Source of the DNA: Octopus bimaculoides
Lineage: Eukaryota
DNA length: 64,000 bases
Reading direction: 5' to 3'
Assembly (NCBI RefSeq): GCF_001194135.2
Contig: NC_068983.1
Span: 62,160,152 to 62,224,151, forward strand
In this document: piece by piece, positions 1 through 14,415 of the stretch
Layout of the letters: every line of letters begins with the position of its first letter
Numbering within the stretch: position 1 is the stretch's first letter
Program-made: the position numbers and the translations under genes
The notes under the pieces: generated by a model
What the model was told of the DNA's origin: nothing
The model's database searches: none
Seen by the model: only the letters and a program-made list of their open reading frames with translations

Positions 1-635
1 CTCTCTATGAGATTTTTCAGCAGAACAAATAGAGCCATAAAGTTTCAGGATAATCTCTACAAAGGCATAAAGATGATTTCATGCGAGCTGCTCGTGACAG
101 AATATGGCCAACGTTATCTATGTATCTTAATATTTTCCAGTATCTGATATGATGTATATGTTGCTAAATATGGGATACACACCAAAGAGAGAGAAAGCGA
201 GGAAGGAGAGAGTGGAGGGGGTGGAAGAAGAGGAGAGAGGGAGGAGAGGCTGATGACGAGAGAAAAGTGAGTATGACTGAATGGTTAAAATCTTTATGTA
301 CCTTTTGCAATGTCCAAGCTTCAATCTTAGTGTGCGGCATCTTACGCGCGATTATTTGACTAGCTTTCCTGTAACCCAAGGTCTGCGAAGGTAGGTATCG
401 GTAAATTTTGGGAATTTCGTCACTTGAATTGTACAGGTATATACAAAGGTCCAGCCTGGTAGCACTGTATCATACTGATTTCACCTGAATATTAAGCTAA
501 GGGTGCATGTCTCTTTGGAATACTGAACCACGTGTATGTTGGTGCATTGAGCTTGATCAGTTGTTCGATCAAATTCTTGACAAGAAATCCTTTTACACAC
601 CTCTCCCTCCCCAATGTATGTGTGTGTGTATATAT

Positions 636-680
<45 letters not shown>

Positions 681-817
681 NNNNNNNNNNNNNNNNNNNN
701 NNNNNNNNNNNNNNNACACACACACACACACACACACACACATATTATATGTACGACAGTCATCGACACCTGAACACTTCCTATCTACAAATTCAACTCA
801 CAACGTATGGTTTAAAC

Positions 818-1170
818 CAATGGTTCTCAACCGGTGTCCAGATGGCCTCTGAGGTTCTTTTTTACGATTTGGGGGTAAGGATTCACGCAACAAAATAGTA
901 AATCGAGTATCCAAAATAATATTCTAAGGGCTCTGAAAAAATTTGCACTTGACGAATGCATTGATATGTATTTCAAGAAACAGCTACGTCTCTTTCTCTA
1001 GCATTTTACATAGATTAACCTACACATGTTAATGTAAAAAACAAAATAGGAATTTTGAAAGAAGTATCTATAAAACTAGTTTTGTAAACATGGGATACCT
1101 ATGGGGATTTACCAGAATATAATAATTATCAAGGGGGTCCATAGATAAAAGAAATGGTTGAGAACCCCTA
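818..1170. mobile_element. hAT (Charlie-like) MITE, about 350 bp
   Basis: Imperfect TIRs CAATGGTTCTCAACC (818-832) and GGTTGAGAACCCCTA (1156-1170). No ORF. An 8-bp TSD is not cleanly recovered. Confidence 0.55.
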
Positions 1171-2500
1171 AACGAAGCTACAATAGTAGATAAAAGTGCA
1201 ACCATATGGGCGAAAGCGAGCTAATTAGTCACATGAATTGACTCATAAATCATAATTTGGAAGAGTACACTGACAGAAGTATAACAATATCATTTTTACT
1301 CTTTCTCAGTAACTGAAGGTGTGTGTTAAAGTAGTACGAGGAAGAGTTTAATTTTACTGATTTACGATGTACTTTCTAATAAATGCGATAAGAAATGTTT
1401 TCAATCCCAAATCAAAAACATATATTTCTAAGAACATAATTACCATTTTATTTCATATGGTATTACTTTTATCATATCATATTACTGTTTTCTCGTATCG
1501 TAGTCTGTAATAAAACTTATTAATTTCCACTTTCAACTCTATTCCTATTATGTCTCTCCCATGAAATTTGGTCACTATTATTCTTATTGATTGCGACCAA
1601 AATCTAAGCAATATAAAGGAGACATACAAATACACAAGAACATTAAGGTATAAATCTCCTCTACACGCACAAGATCACACGCATTAACTCTCGAATACGC
1701 ACAGATACACTCACTGACAGTTCCTTCTGTGTACATACATATATACGCAAATGTCTCTATGTCTGTCCTTCTATCTAGATACACGCGGATATTTGCAGGC
1801 ACATACTACATTTATGTGTCTATGTATGCTTGTAAATATATACATACATATTTATATAAAATTAAAAGAAGCAACAGGATATCCAGTGGTGATGCAGTAC
1901 GACAGTTTCAAGCGCTCCATTTTATTGAAAAATGCAATCATTACATCAATTTAAATGAAGAGCTATCCACAGCTGCATAAATAAATAAAATACATAAATA
2001 GAATTAATTTAATCACTCGGACACATTTCTATAATTTTACATAAATCCTTTAAGAGGGTTAGAAGACAGACAAAGTCCATCTTGTTTTCACATCAGCTTA
2101 GAAGTTTCTAAAACATCAGGAAGAAAAATGTGTTAGGGTCCTAGCTTGTCACCGATTTTTGGGTCGGTTTTAATTTATAGCCTTGTTTATCAAATCTTTG
2201 TATATCAAAATCTAAGACTAGGGAGCAGTGTCTGTTAGGAAAGGGCATGAGAGAGTTGACAGAATCATAGTGGGTATAGTCATAAAACTTGTCAAGTAGT
2301 ATAAAGTAACTGGCTATAATGAGGTTTGGTAAAGGAAGTCCTTAAATCAAGATGTTAATTTAGGGTTATCAAGAAAAATATTATAACCAAAAGGATAAAT
2401 TTTGAATAATATTGAATATATACCAAAATTTTCAACAATAGAGACAGAGAAAAAAAATTACATAGAATTAGTTTAATATTCATTCTTATATTTAATTACT

Positions 2501-2542
<42 letters not shown>

Positions 2543-3603
2543 GCACACGCATACACAGACGCACGCACACACGCACACACACACGCACACGCACACTTAT
2601 ATATAGGTATTAAATTTTAAAATATAAATTGAATAGAAATAAAAATGACATCGTATATAAATCGGTTTAAAGTACTAAAGAAACCAAAACGTAAATATAG
2701 AAAAGAATTAATAATAATTAAATCATGAATAATATTTAATATATAGGAGTTCAGTTATACAGAGCAGGATCGATAAATAAGAAATAAATTATGAATAAAA
2801 AATAATATATTCTACTAGCGGAAACACCTGGACTTTAGATGAAAATTGGCTTTACAAAAGGTAAGGGCAAAACAGAACCAGCCGAAGTAAATCTGTACCC
2901 TAGTATTAAACACTGGCATGTATCCATCTCATTGAATATAAAGTGTAGTGCGAAATATATTTATTTGGAAGCAGCTAACTTCATAGATACATACATACAT
3001 ACATACATACATACATACATACATACATACATACACACATATACATACATAGTGTACATGTATATATGTATGTATATGTAATTATATACAAGTAATATAC
3101 ACACACACTCGCACCTATATTGTGTACTGTTACGTAAATGGTAGGATCAAGACGGAAAGTCTTCCATCCAGCGTGAATTAGACTTCATTTAATAAACGCA
3201 GAATTTAATCATGAAAATCTACACATACTCGAATAGTACAATAGTTAGATGAGCTTGCTTAGCGTGTACCACCCTGCAATCTTTCAGACTCAAAATAAAC
3301 ATCGCTGCAATTTGACAAAAATTGAGAATGCCGGGGAAGAACGGGGAATAATAACGAAAAACCAAGAATAAAGAAATAAAACGAGAAAGGAAATCTAGGA
3401 ATGAAGAGAAATAAGAGTTGTGAACAGACACTTGTTCGCGAGAAAAGTGAAGTTTGTGAAACTATGTCTTTTCTGGAGAGGTTGGTGTTCTCGAGTTAGA
3501 TACTAGAAACTTGCTGAGACGCTTGCATTTCCACAAATCTCCCTTCTTTCCAAGCTTTCTTTTTCTCGTTTTTTTTAATTATTTATTTATTTATTTATTT
3601 ATT

Positions 3604-3947
3604 TGTTTCAGTCATTTGCCTGCGGCCATGCTGGAGCACCACCTTTAGTCGAGTAAATCGACTTATTCTTTGTAAGCCTAGTACTTATCCTATCGGTCTC
3701 TTTTGCTGAGCCGCTAAGTTACTAGGACGTAAACACACCAGCATCGGTTGTCCAGCGATGCTGGGGGAACAAAAACAAAGACATAAACACACACACACAC
3801 ATACACACACACGCACACATACACACATATATATATACGATGGGCTTCTTTCAGTTTCCGTCTGCCAAATCCACTCACAAGGCTTTAGTCTGAACCCGGA
3901 ACCATGTGGTTGGTAAGCAAACTACTTACCACACAGCCACTCCTCGC
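3604..3947 (-). mobile_element. tRNA-derived SINE family A (internal AC/AT microsatellite), with internal deletion
   Basis: Minus-strand head GGAGTGGCTGTGTGGTAAGTAG...CCGGGTTCA (A/B-box-like). The body is shared with at least 7 other copies in the window. Confidence 0.85.
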
Positions 3948-4100
3948 TTTTTTTTCTGTTTTCTCACGTTCTTACACGAAGTTGGAGAAACAAGTGTTAG
4001 GCAATGGTATACAGTACCGGCCCAATACATAAGAAAGTGAGCATGAGGAACTTGTCCTCTTAGAACCCCTCCAACCATCTATTTTAGAATTCTTTCAACC

Positions 4101-4134
<34 letters not shown>

Positions 4135-5132
4135 GTGTATGTATGTGAGTCTATGTATGTATGTATGAATGTATGTATGTGTGTATGTATGTACGTATGT
4201 ATGTATGTGTATGTATGTATGTATGTATGTATATATGTATGTATGTGTATTATGTGTGGTGTGTGCATGTATGTGCACTGTGTATGTATACATGAAAATA
4301 CTGGAAGAATGGCAAAAGCATGTGATATAAAAAGCATCATATTTCACCTATTGCGTAGTTTTGTGTACTTGTGTGTGTGTGTGCGTGAGTGTGTGTGTGC
4401 GTGCGTGTGCATGCGTGTGTACGCGCGTGTGTGTGTGTGTGTGTGTGTGCGTCATGTGTGCGTGTGTGTGTCTGTGTGTGTGCGCGCGTGTGTGTGCGTG
4501 TGTGCATGTGTGTGTACAATAGCTACCGAGGCCACCCACGTGTCTCCAAATGTGTTCAGTCTCTCTCACAAGTGTCTTCAAAGAAATTTCTACTCAAGTC
4601 ATCGTTATCCGTTTTCTAATGAGCTTCGCTTGTCTCGTGTTGATTTTCATTACTTTTTCGTTATAGCCTGCTCTTTTTCTATGTGGATAGTAGGAAGACT
4701 TCCGAGCAAGACTTTTCTCTCTCTTTTAAGTAGAAAAATAAAAATGTTAAGAACTGATTTCTTTCTTAGCAATTATTTTCCATACTGAATTTAATGGTCA
4801 GGGTTAGCATTTTTGGCTCCTCTGATTTGTAAAACTATTCTTTCGTGTGGTCTTAAATCTTAAGTGAAGAATGTACGAAATGTGGCAAACATCTCTTACA
4901 TGTGGAAAAAATAAATAAATGAAGCTGAAATTAAATTGAATATTGAAAATAACTACAGAAGATACGATATATATAAAAACATCGTTTTTCACTAAGAAGA
5001 GAAAGAGTATTTCGTAAGGTATATTCCTCTTGCAAAGGAAAAGGCACAATCACAGTATCAGATCTTCTGCATACTTGTTTATAACAACAAAAACAACAGC
5101 AACAAGAACCACAATAATAATAATAATAATAA

Positions 5133-5197
<65 letters not shown>

Positions 5198-5367
5198 CGC
5201 TTTAACAGTACATTAATATTAAGTTGGATATAAAGATTACCTTTTGATATCAATAAAGATTCCATCACTAAAATTTAATATGCATACATACATGTACACA
5301 TACATACATACATACATACATGCATACATACATATATACATACATACATATATATATATATATACAC

Positions 5368-5449
<82 letters not shown>

Positions 5450-6404
5450 AAATTGATATAAAAATGAGCTAAGAGAAACATCTGAAAGTCGCCATTGACA
5501 TATATTTGAGCAATGCAGACGAATCAGGAGATGATATGTACGTACGTAGGGGAAACAAACACACGCGTGCAGGTGCGAGCATATGTATGTTCCTGTATGT
5601 GCAAGAAGTTGTAAATTTTGACAAATGCACAAATACACACGCGCGTGCATCCGCTTACACGCAGAAAGGCACACACACATGAATCACTTATAAAAGATAT
5701 ATTTGCGCATTCTACTTCAGATTCTTTATGTTGTTATGGAAAGAGTTATAAAATTCCAGACTCAAATTATTGACGTGTTCCAGCCCATTGACCATTCTTG
5801 CAAAGTATTCATATCGTGACATTTCTAAAGGAACGTAAGTATATTTTTTACCTAGTTTGGTTTTGGTTCTTAAAGATAAATATTGATGAGTAAAATAAGA
5901 ATTAGCGAAACTGTTCTCATGCTTTCATTTTGTAGTATAGTGTAGTGTCTTTGTATATTGAATGCTGGATTTTAGATATAAATTCACATTGACAGATATC
6001 GTATTCTATGATAGAAATACCAATATAAAGCTGAATTGATAGTGGATATATTGGTTTTATCAAATTGTGTGGTCCAATTAGCTTCTGTTTGCAAGTAAAT
6101 AGAAACTGTAAGAAGGCGTGCGGTGCTAACTTGTCTAATTTAATGATTTTGTTTATGAGATATATGAGATATATAAATTTATGATTATAACAAAAGGCAT
6201 AAAACACATTGACAGTTTATTCCCCGTTGAGTCTCTTAGATTTTCTAAAATATTTTATATCGTTCTGTAATTGATAAGTAAAATAATATTATCCGTTGGA
6301 AACTCACGTTAATTTTCATGATTCTATTTTAGACGAGTTCCTCTCGACTATATGTTGCATATATCAAAGTTTAACAAGTCAATATTGAAAGTGTTTTGCC
6401 TTCG

Positions 6405-6605
6405 GTTGTTATTATTGTTAAATGCAGGTGAGACTTGGTTGAGCAGAACTACGTTCAAAGGTATTCCACTCATGAGTACCCTTTTATGTTAGAGTACGTC
6501 TAAAATGATCAAAATGTCCTTCACTTTCTCGAAGAGAATAGAGTGTGATTTGAGAGAAAAATGTTTGCTAATTTCAGCACGTCAAGTGACCAAGTAGAGT
6601 TTCTT
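6405..6605 (-). repeat. Interspersed (AAC)n-tailed retroposon 3' fragment
   Basis: Decayed similarity to 12390-12575 (shared GTGTCCTTCA, CAAAGGTATTCC/CAAAATTCC-like blocks), each starting at a TTG/TTA tract. Confidence 0.4.
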
Positions 6606-7317
6606 TACTCTATTATGATATTTTCTATTGTTTGTGATGGTAGATGTTTCCTTCTGAGATTTGTTTTCTCTTTTGTATAATTTTACCTTCGCCTCCTCTG
6701 CTAACTACTACCTTCCTTGCAGATCATAACCAAAAATAATTATGCATATTCAGAAGTAGAAAAACAGAAAATATCATTTTATAGTCATATATCAGGAAGA
6801 TAAGAATATTGATCTTGAATTATTATTAATATATTGTATGAAATTAATTGCAACTAATGGAACACATAAATTTCACTAAGCATACAAAATATATGTATAA
6901 AAAACCGACTTATACATTTATATTTAAGTCACTACTGTACATAAGGACATGGAAGACATTCGCTTCCAGGCCCTTTACATGAAGGAACATTTTAAGTCTA
7001 AACTTTATCAGCAAAACCACGTCACACTGGACACTAAATGACATTCGCGAATTGACGGACGCTTGTTTCGGCGTGCTTGTATAGACGCAAAATAAAAAAA
7101 AAATAGTATTTTATATAGCTTAGTGTCACGTAACTGATGTAATTTTCTTTGGTGAGACTAACCTGGTCTTACTTAGGAAAAGAAAGAAAGAAAGAAAAAA
7201 GAAAGAAAGAAGGGAAGAAAGAAAGGAAGAAAGAAAGAAGGGAAGAAAGACAGGAAGAAAGAAAGAAAGAAAGATATAGAAACGAAAAATTATTATGCTT
7301 ACGCCAAAAATCTAGAC

Positions 7318-7452
7318 TGGTAAGTAGCTTGCTTACCAACCACATGGTCCGAGTTCAGTCCCACTTGGGCAAGTTTCTTCTACTATAGCCTCGGGCCGAC
7401 CAAAGCCTTGTGAGTGGATTTGGTAGACGGAAACTGGAAGAAGCTCGTCGTA
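7318..7452 (+). mobile_element. SINE family A, 5' half (runs into (TA)n and a gap)
   Basis: TGGTAAGTAGCTTGCTTACCAACCACATGG...GTTCAGTCCCAC...CCAAAGCCTTGTGAGTGGATTTGGTAGACGGAAACTG. Confidence 0.8.
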
Positions 7453-7949
7453 TATATATATATATATATATATATATATNNNNNNNNNNNNNNNNNNNNN
7501 NNNNNNNNNNNNNNNNNNNNNNNNNNNNNNNNNNNNNNNNNNNNNNNNNNNNNNNNNNNNNNNNNNNNNNNNNNNNNNNNNNNNNNNNNNNNNNNNNNNN
7601 NNNNNNNNNNNNNNNNNNNNNNNNNNNNNNNNNNNNNNNNNNNNNNNNNNNNNNNNNNNNNNNNNNNNNNNNNNNNNNNNNNNNNNNNNNNNNNNNNNNN
7701 NNNNNNNNNNNNNNNNNNNNNNNNNNNNNNNNNNNNNNNNNNNNNNNNNNNNNNNNNNNNNNNNNNNNNNNNNNNNNNNNNNNNNNNNNNNNNNNNNNNN
7801 NNNNNNNNNNNNNNNNNNNNNNNNNNNNNNNNNNNNNNNNNNNNNNNNNNNNNNNNNNNNNNNNNNNNNNNNNNNNNNNNNNNNNNNNNNNNNNNNNNNN
7901 NNNNNNNNNNNNNNNNNNNNNNNNNNNNNNNNNNNNNNNNNNNNNNNNN

Positions 7950-7999
<50 letters not shown>

Positions 8000-9150
8000 C
8001 GCACACATATATCTTTTCCTCAATCTCTTAACATATCATATATACGTGCATACATGCACACACGTGTAAATATAGTCCGAGATTTAGTTTTGTCTTTGTT
8101 TGGCAAGAAGCCTAAATTATTGCTATATTAATGAACTTATAACCATAAGTTTTAATGTGCTGAGGGCGGAAATCTAATTATTTAATAGTATTACTTTTGT
8201 TTATATTGTTTACCTCTGATTCTGGCCAGAACAGAGGATAAGTTAGAACAGGTTTCTCTCATTTTAGATCTCGTTAGCGAAGAACAGTTTGTTCGTCACT
8301 GGCAAATTAATAAGACACTCTACCTTGTTATACAATAGCATATATGAATAAATATCACAAGGCATCGTAATCATTGATGGTATTATACAACGACGCCATC
8401 GATGCCAAAAATAAATCAAGTACTTCTTATGAAACTGAAGGTAGTCAGGAATAAAACTAATAAATATAATACTTAATTGGTAAGGATAATTAAATGAATA
8501 TTAGTTTAATGTTCAATGGCAGATGTTAATTTAATCTAATATCAGCCTGCATGGCCGAAAATTCCAGACGTTTTTGTTATTATGAGACTTCTTCAGTGAA
8601 GCATAACCCTGTCCGTACTTTCTATATTATTGATAAAAGAATCACTATGTGTCACTATATCGGTGAATAATATACAGGATACGGTGTTAAAAGCAACATA
8701 CAATATATTCTTTTTAGCAAATGTATATCCTTTAGTTTGTTTTAGACAGCTCACTCTAGTGCAGTCTTTAAATGTGTTTCGTCAGAAAAACAATTTTGAG
8801 ATTAGCAAGTATACGCAAGTACAATTACACTACACCCGCTTCTTAAAACATAGAAGAATATACAGAAGCACAGACACATACAAAAGAATTATATGTGTGT
8901 GCACAGAGTTGTTCAAACGCACACAGTACGCACAAAGACATATATATGTGTACGAGAATAACCACTTTTACTAGCTAAACGGTAAACGGTGACTTCGATA
9001 TATTGCTGTATAGTGGCTTTCTTCAGTCCTGGAATATGTTATGTATTATTTTACATATGAAGCCACACATCAATATATTAATAAGAGAGTGTCTTTGAAT
9101 ATATACAATCATATACACATTACATACATACATACATACACACACACACG

Positions 9151-9206
<56 letters not shown>

Positions 9207-10504
9207 TGTGTGTGTGTGTGTATGTATATATGCATAGTTATATGTATAGACATATATACATACATAGATACACACACACAGAGAGACAGATATATATATA
9301 TATATATATATATANNNNNNNNNNNNNNNNNNNNNNNNNNNNNNNNNNNNNNNNNNNNNNNNNNNNNNNNNNNNNNNNNNNNNNNNNNNNNNNNNNNNNN
9401 NNNNNNNNNNNNNNNNNNNNNNNNNNNNNNNNNNNNNNNNNNNNNNNNNNNNNNNNNNNNNNNNNNNNNNNNNNNNNNNNNNNNNNNNNNNNNNNNNNNN
9501 NNNNNNNNNNNNNNNNNNNNNNNNNNNNNNNNNNNNNNNNNNNNNNNNNNNNNNNNNNNNNNNNNNNNNNNNNNNNNNNNNNNNNNNNNNNNNNNNNNNN
9601 NNNNNNNNNNNNNNNNNNNNNNNNNNNNNNNNNNNNNNNNNNNNNNNNNNNNNNNNNNNNNNNNNNNNNNNNNNNNNNNNNNNNNNNNNNNNNNNNNNNN
9701 NNNNNNNNNNNNNTATATATATATATATATATTTACACATACATAAATATGCGCACACACAAGCACACAAGCACAGGTATATCACCGGATTCAATGTCAA
9801 ATGACTTAGTCAATACAGAGTAAAATCAAAATGTATATACATGTTATACACTGAGACTTCGTTCGATCTTACGTGATATATGGCTATGTATGTGGATGTG
9901 ATAGTAAATTTAAATAAAAACATGATTTTCTAGGCATTTTGCTGCTTGCCTAATTAAATCCTGGTAATTAAACCTTAATATAGAATAAAGTGTTCATATG
10001 GAAATATATTTATGGATGTCTTGCAGCAAGAAAGTCTAAAATGTAATTATTGGTTTCTAAACTAACGACAAATGCCTGCGCACCTTCTTTGGATAACAAC
10101 ACAAGAGTTGCTAAGATACGACAAATACGTCATTTTAAAACAGGGACGAAATAGAAGATGGATTCATATGTGTCAGGTAACTTAATGAGTTTCCGTCGTG
10201 CTCTGATGAAAGTATAATTGATAACTATATGTATAATTAACAGCTCGACTGTTTTGACTCATGCTTATGCGTTTGTCTGTTTGTCTCTGTTGACTTGTAT
10301 ATGTTTATGTGCGCGAGCACGTATGTGTGTGTATGTGCTAGAGAGAAAAAAGTGTGGATCGCAAGATCTATTTTAACGAAAAAACAGTAGCAAGAATGAA
10401 TACTATTATCTCACAGCGTGATTTATTAAACACAATTCCAGCAGTCTATCTATGGTGTTTCAACAACTTGCAAATATCTTTACAAACTGCTATCTTGATC
10501 TTTG

Positions 10505-10704
10505 TAGGCACAAGTACTAATATTTGGTGCCGAGGTGGGGTAGTCAGTTACATTGAATCCAGTGTTCAACTGGTACTATTTTATTGACCCCGAAAGTATG
10601 AAAGGCAAAGTCGACCTCGGCAGAATTTGAACTTAGATTGTAAAGACAGACGAAATGCCGCTAAGCATTTTGTCCGGCATGGTAACGATTCTGCCAGCTC
10701 GCTG
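10505..10704 (-). mobile_element. tRNA-derived SINE family B (about 200 bp)
   Basis: Plus-strand view GACCCCGAAAG(G)ATGAAAGGCAAAGTCGACCTCGGCAGAATTTGAACT...ATTCTGCCAGCTCGC. About 8 copies in the window. Confidence 0.85.
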
Positions 10705-10869
10705 TTTTATCTTGATGGTTTTTAGTATACTTGGTCGTCAAGTATGAAATTTGTAGTAAGGTATATGGTAAACTGACAGCTGCTGATTTTGCGCCGTTAT
10801 TATATTTTGACAATATTTTTTGTTAGAAAGCTGACACATCTGTTTCTTTATTCTAACTCATTTTGCGCT

Positions 10870-11926
10870 TTATAAGTATTTTGTGCTATTTTTGTTTAGA
10901 GTCGGAAAATCGTACACTTTTGAATATGAGTTCTTTCTTGGAAATACAGCATCACAGACATCTCAGAATATTAATGGACTATTTCATTGTAATGTTCTTA
11001 TGCAGCAGGCAGTATCAAATTGGTTTGCAAAATTTCGTTCTGGTAACTTTGACCTCACAAATGAGCAGCGCGGTTGACCAGAAACAAAGGTGAGTAATGA
11101 CGAACTGAAAGCCACCGTCGAGTCAGATCCATCTCAAAGTGCCCATGAAGTATCGTTGTTTGGTGTTAACAAGCAAACAATATTGACTCATTTAGTACAA
11201 ATCGGTAAAGTGAAAAGTTGAATAAGTGGGTTCCACATGAACTCAATAAAAATCAGAAACAGCAACGTTTGGAAGACTGCACTGTGCTACTTTCTCGTCA
11301 TAAAAATGAAGCATTTTTTAATCGAATTGTAACATGTGATGAGAAATGAATCCAATACCACAACTGTAAACGTTCAGCACAATGGTTGGACAAAGACGAG
11401 CCACCAAAACACAGTCCAAAAATCAAAATGCCTCAAAAGAAGCTGATAGTGTGTGTTTGGTGGTCTGGCGCAGGTGTGATCTATTATGATTTCATTAAAC
11501 ATGGCTCATCAATCACAGCCGAAGTATACTGAATCCAACTGGACCAAATGATGCAGAAACTTACAAAAAAAACAACAAAAAAACCCCAGCTTAGATTAGT
11601 CAACAGATCCACTCCTATTGTATTGCAAGACAACGCCAGACCACACATCGCAAAAATGACATTGGGGAAACTACAGGAGTTGGAGTTGGAAATTCTCCAT
11701 CATCCACCATACTCACATGATCTTGTCCCCAGTGACTACCACTTCTTCCTGAACTTGGAAAACATTTTGATAGGAAAAAAAAATTAATTCCGACGATGCT
11801 GTAAAACAGGCCTTCACAGATTTTATTGACTCTAGATTGCCAAGCTTTTACAGTTCCGGACTGGACAAGCTGCCGCTGCAATGGCAAAATTGTATTGACA
11901 ATATGGGTGCATACTTTGATGAATAA
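10870..11926 (+). mobile_element. Mariner (Tc1/mariner DD34D) transposase pseudogene, near full length
   Basis: Frameshifted translation gives WFAKFRSGNFDL, KWVPHEL, IVTCDEK*, CVWWS, VLQDNARPH and HPPYSHDLVPSDYHFF, ending GAYFDE*. Several stops. TIRs not resolved. Confidence 0.93.
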
Positions 11927-12277
11927 AACTATTCCTTGTATTTATAAAACATTAGCAAACTTTTTTCTATAATATATAGATAACAGATAATTAGTGAACG
12001 AATAACATCTTCATTCGATGTAGGGTGAATATCATATATACTAACGTGTGTAGCGCCCTAAAATACATGAACACATACTTATCTCTTTAATTCTCTCTCT
12101 CTCCTCTCTCTTTCTCTCTTCCTCGCACACACTCTTTCTCCCTCTATTCCTGTACATACACCTGCATACTTACAAACACACACGCACACTTATACACACA
12201 CGCACATTTACACACACACACACACATATACCCCACCCCCACACACATAGACATTTATACATAATTGCATGCATATT

Positions 12278-12318
<41 letters not shown>

Positions 12319-12389
12319 GAGGTCGGAGAAGAGGACTAGCAGTTTTCATCTTATGACATTCAATAATTGATTAATTATATTTCAAGTGT

Positions 12390-12575
12390 TCTTGTTGTTG
12401 TTACTGCTGTTTAGCCACAAGCCATCTTGATCAAGCAAGCATACCCATGAGTAACAAAATTCCGCAGATAAACATTCTGTTACCTTTCCAGATGTAGCAT
12501 ATCTCAGACTACATTATTCAGTGTGTCCTTCATTTTTGAGTGGTCGTATTATATGATTTGGTGATTATATCTAAA
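12390..12575 (-). repeat. Interspersed (AAC)n-tailed retroposon 3' fragment
   Basis: TTGTTGTTGTTACTGCTGTTTAGCC...GACTACATTATTCAGTGTGTCCTTC; related to 6405-6605. Confidence 0.4.
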
Positions 12576-13924
12576 ACATAAATGGTCCTCATTTGTGCAC
12601 AGGACTACGAGTTTATGTATTTCTATTTTAATTTATGACAATGGACATCCCATTTTGCAACCTTTATTTACATAATTTTGTGCGAGGTTTCGCAAAGCCT
12701 TTTCAAAAATATAGCTGAAAAAAATCAGAAATCGTAGTATTCAATAACAAAGCAGTTTCTTGTCTTGCGTCTTTCGATTAATAAGGTGACATGCCATGCT
12801 TCATTTCATTTGAGTAACACCAAATATTTGTATAGGATCTTTTATTGTATATCCCTCCTGGTTTCGATTTACACCATTTAATATTCAATTTCATCGTACT
12901 GTATTTGATAACAGCGCATTACTATCAGTATTATACTCAGTTAACTTGATCAAATTTACTTCTATCTCTCACGTACAAAAGCTTTTAAGTACTGGCAAAG
13001 CATCTTAACTTTACTGATTCTGTGCGATATTCACTTCTTTTTACTTAATCCACAGTTGTACGTGAGGAATATGTGGATATCAGAAATTGAATTACCTTAA
13101 CTTGTGAATTCGATTCCTCCTGCTTAAGTAAAGAAATTGCTTTACTACTTTAAAAATATGCATCAGTCAACTTGACTTCAAACAATTAGATATGAAGTTC
13201 GTCTGGGCAGCAAGTTAGGTCACGTATTTTAGACAAAATATCTAACTTTTGTTGCATGAATGTTCATATTCTATTAAGAAGAAAAAGCAAAAACGAAAAC
13301 ATGTATATGCATTATTGTAGCAAACATGAATTCGAAATATCATATACTAGAGAAATATTTTCCCAAAAGAATAAAAATTGATGAAATGTGTTATAATAAT
13401 GTAGCTGGAAGCTTTCCCTTTCAGTATAACGCTCGTTACTACAGTTTTGAACCTCTAGCCATTTAGTAATAGTATTCTATTCCTGGGTGTGTGGAAATCA
13501 CATACAACAGCTATAGAATTGCACCTTTTTTATGGATATTATATTTTATTCTATATTAGCATTTGTAAAAGGTCTCTCAAGGCAACCAAATAATGGCTAT
13601 ATCAGAAGAACATAACTACAATCCTATGCATATACATATTTTCACTTCAGCAAAAACAGTATAAATTGCATCAATAATAATGGTTTTTCTTGCCTACAAC
13701 AGAGTGTCCATTGCTGGACAATGCAAAGCAGAAATATAGTTCTGAACTTTTACAAGTTAGTTAGAAGAAATACATATAAATGCAATAAAATGAAAATATA
13801 TATTGCTATATTTTATCTTTTGCTACTGTCAATCATCAGACTGTAACCATTCTGGGGGTACTCCTTGAAGGTGTTCATTAATCGAATAGATTGACTCCAG
13901 TACTGATTGTTAAGTCCGCTACAT

Positions 13925-14012
13925 ACTGTATCGCATCATTTGTCGAATCGCTAAGCTAGAGAAACGTAAACAAACCAACACTTGTTCAGTGGTGGAGGGG
14001 GCAAACATACAC
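13925..14012 (-). mobile_element. SINE family A, decayed 3' fragment
   Basis: Similar to the ATCGGTCTCTTTTGCCGAACCGCTAAG...ACGTAAACACACC segment of the other copies. Confidence 0.55.
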
Positions 14013-14100
14013 ACAAAGGCACGCACACACACATACACATGCATACATGCACGCACCCTCCCACAAGCGCATACACGCACGCACAGATATACATGTATAC

Positions 14101-14133
<33 letters not shown>

Positions 14134-14415
14134 NNNNNNNNNNNNNNNNNNNNNNNNNNNNGAAAAAGTAAGTAGATAAAAACAAATGAATAAAATAAAT
14201 AAAAGTAAATTAAATGAACGTGAATAATCTGCGGATACTGACAATACAGGCACCATACACATTCCCCCCACACACTAAAGATAGACACACACAGAGGGAT
14301 ATACGCATCCGCAAATAAAGACACACAGTGTTATACGCATGCGCAAATAAAGGCACATACAACAAAATTGCAGATCGTTAGTAAGGAGAGACACAAAAAA
14401 GAAGAAGAAAGCAAA

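Noticed and set aside
2110-2400. Minus-strand frame with GLPLPNLIIASYF...HYDSV, possible PLE RT or OTU fragment
   Set aside because: Motifs are not in convincing order or spacing; cannot be distinguished from chance.
481-9823. Many ORF-track entries rich in YI/HT/CV/X, here and throughout the window
   Set aside because: Translations of (AT)n, (AC)n and (GT)n microsatellites and N gaps, not genes. The same applies to poly-I, -S, -K, -L and ER ORFs elsewhere.
10196-10260. CTCTGATGAAAG... possible hammerhead
   Set aside because: No GAAA box or helix II downstream.
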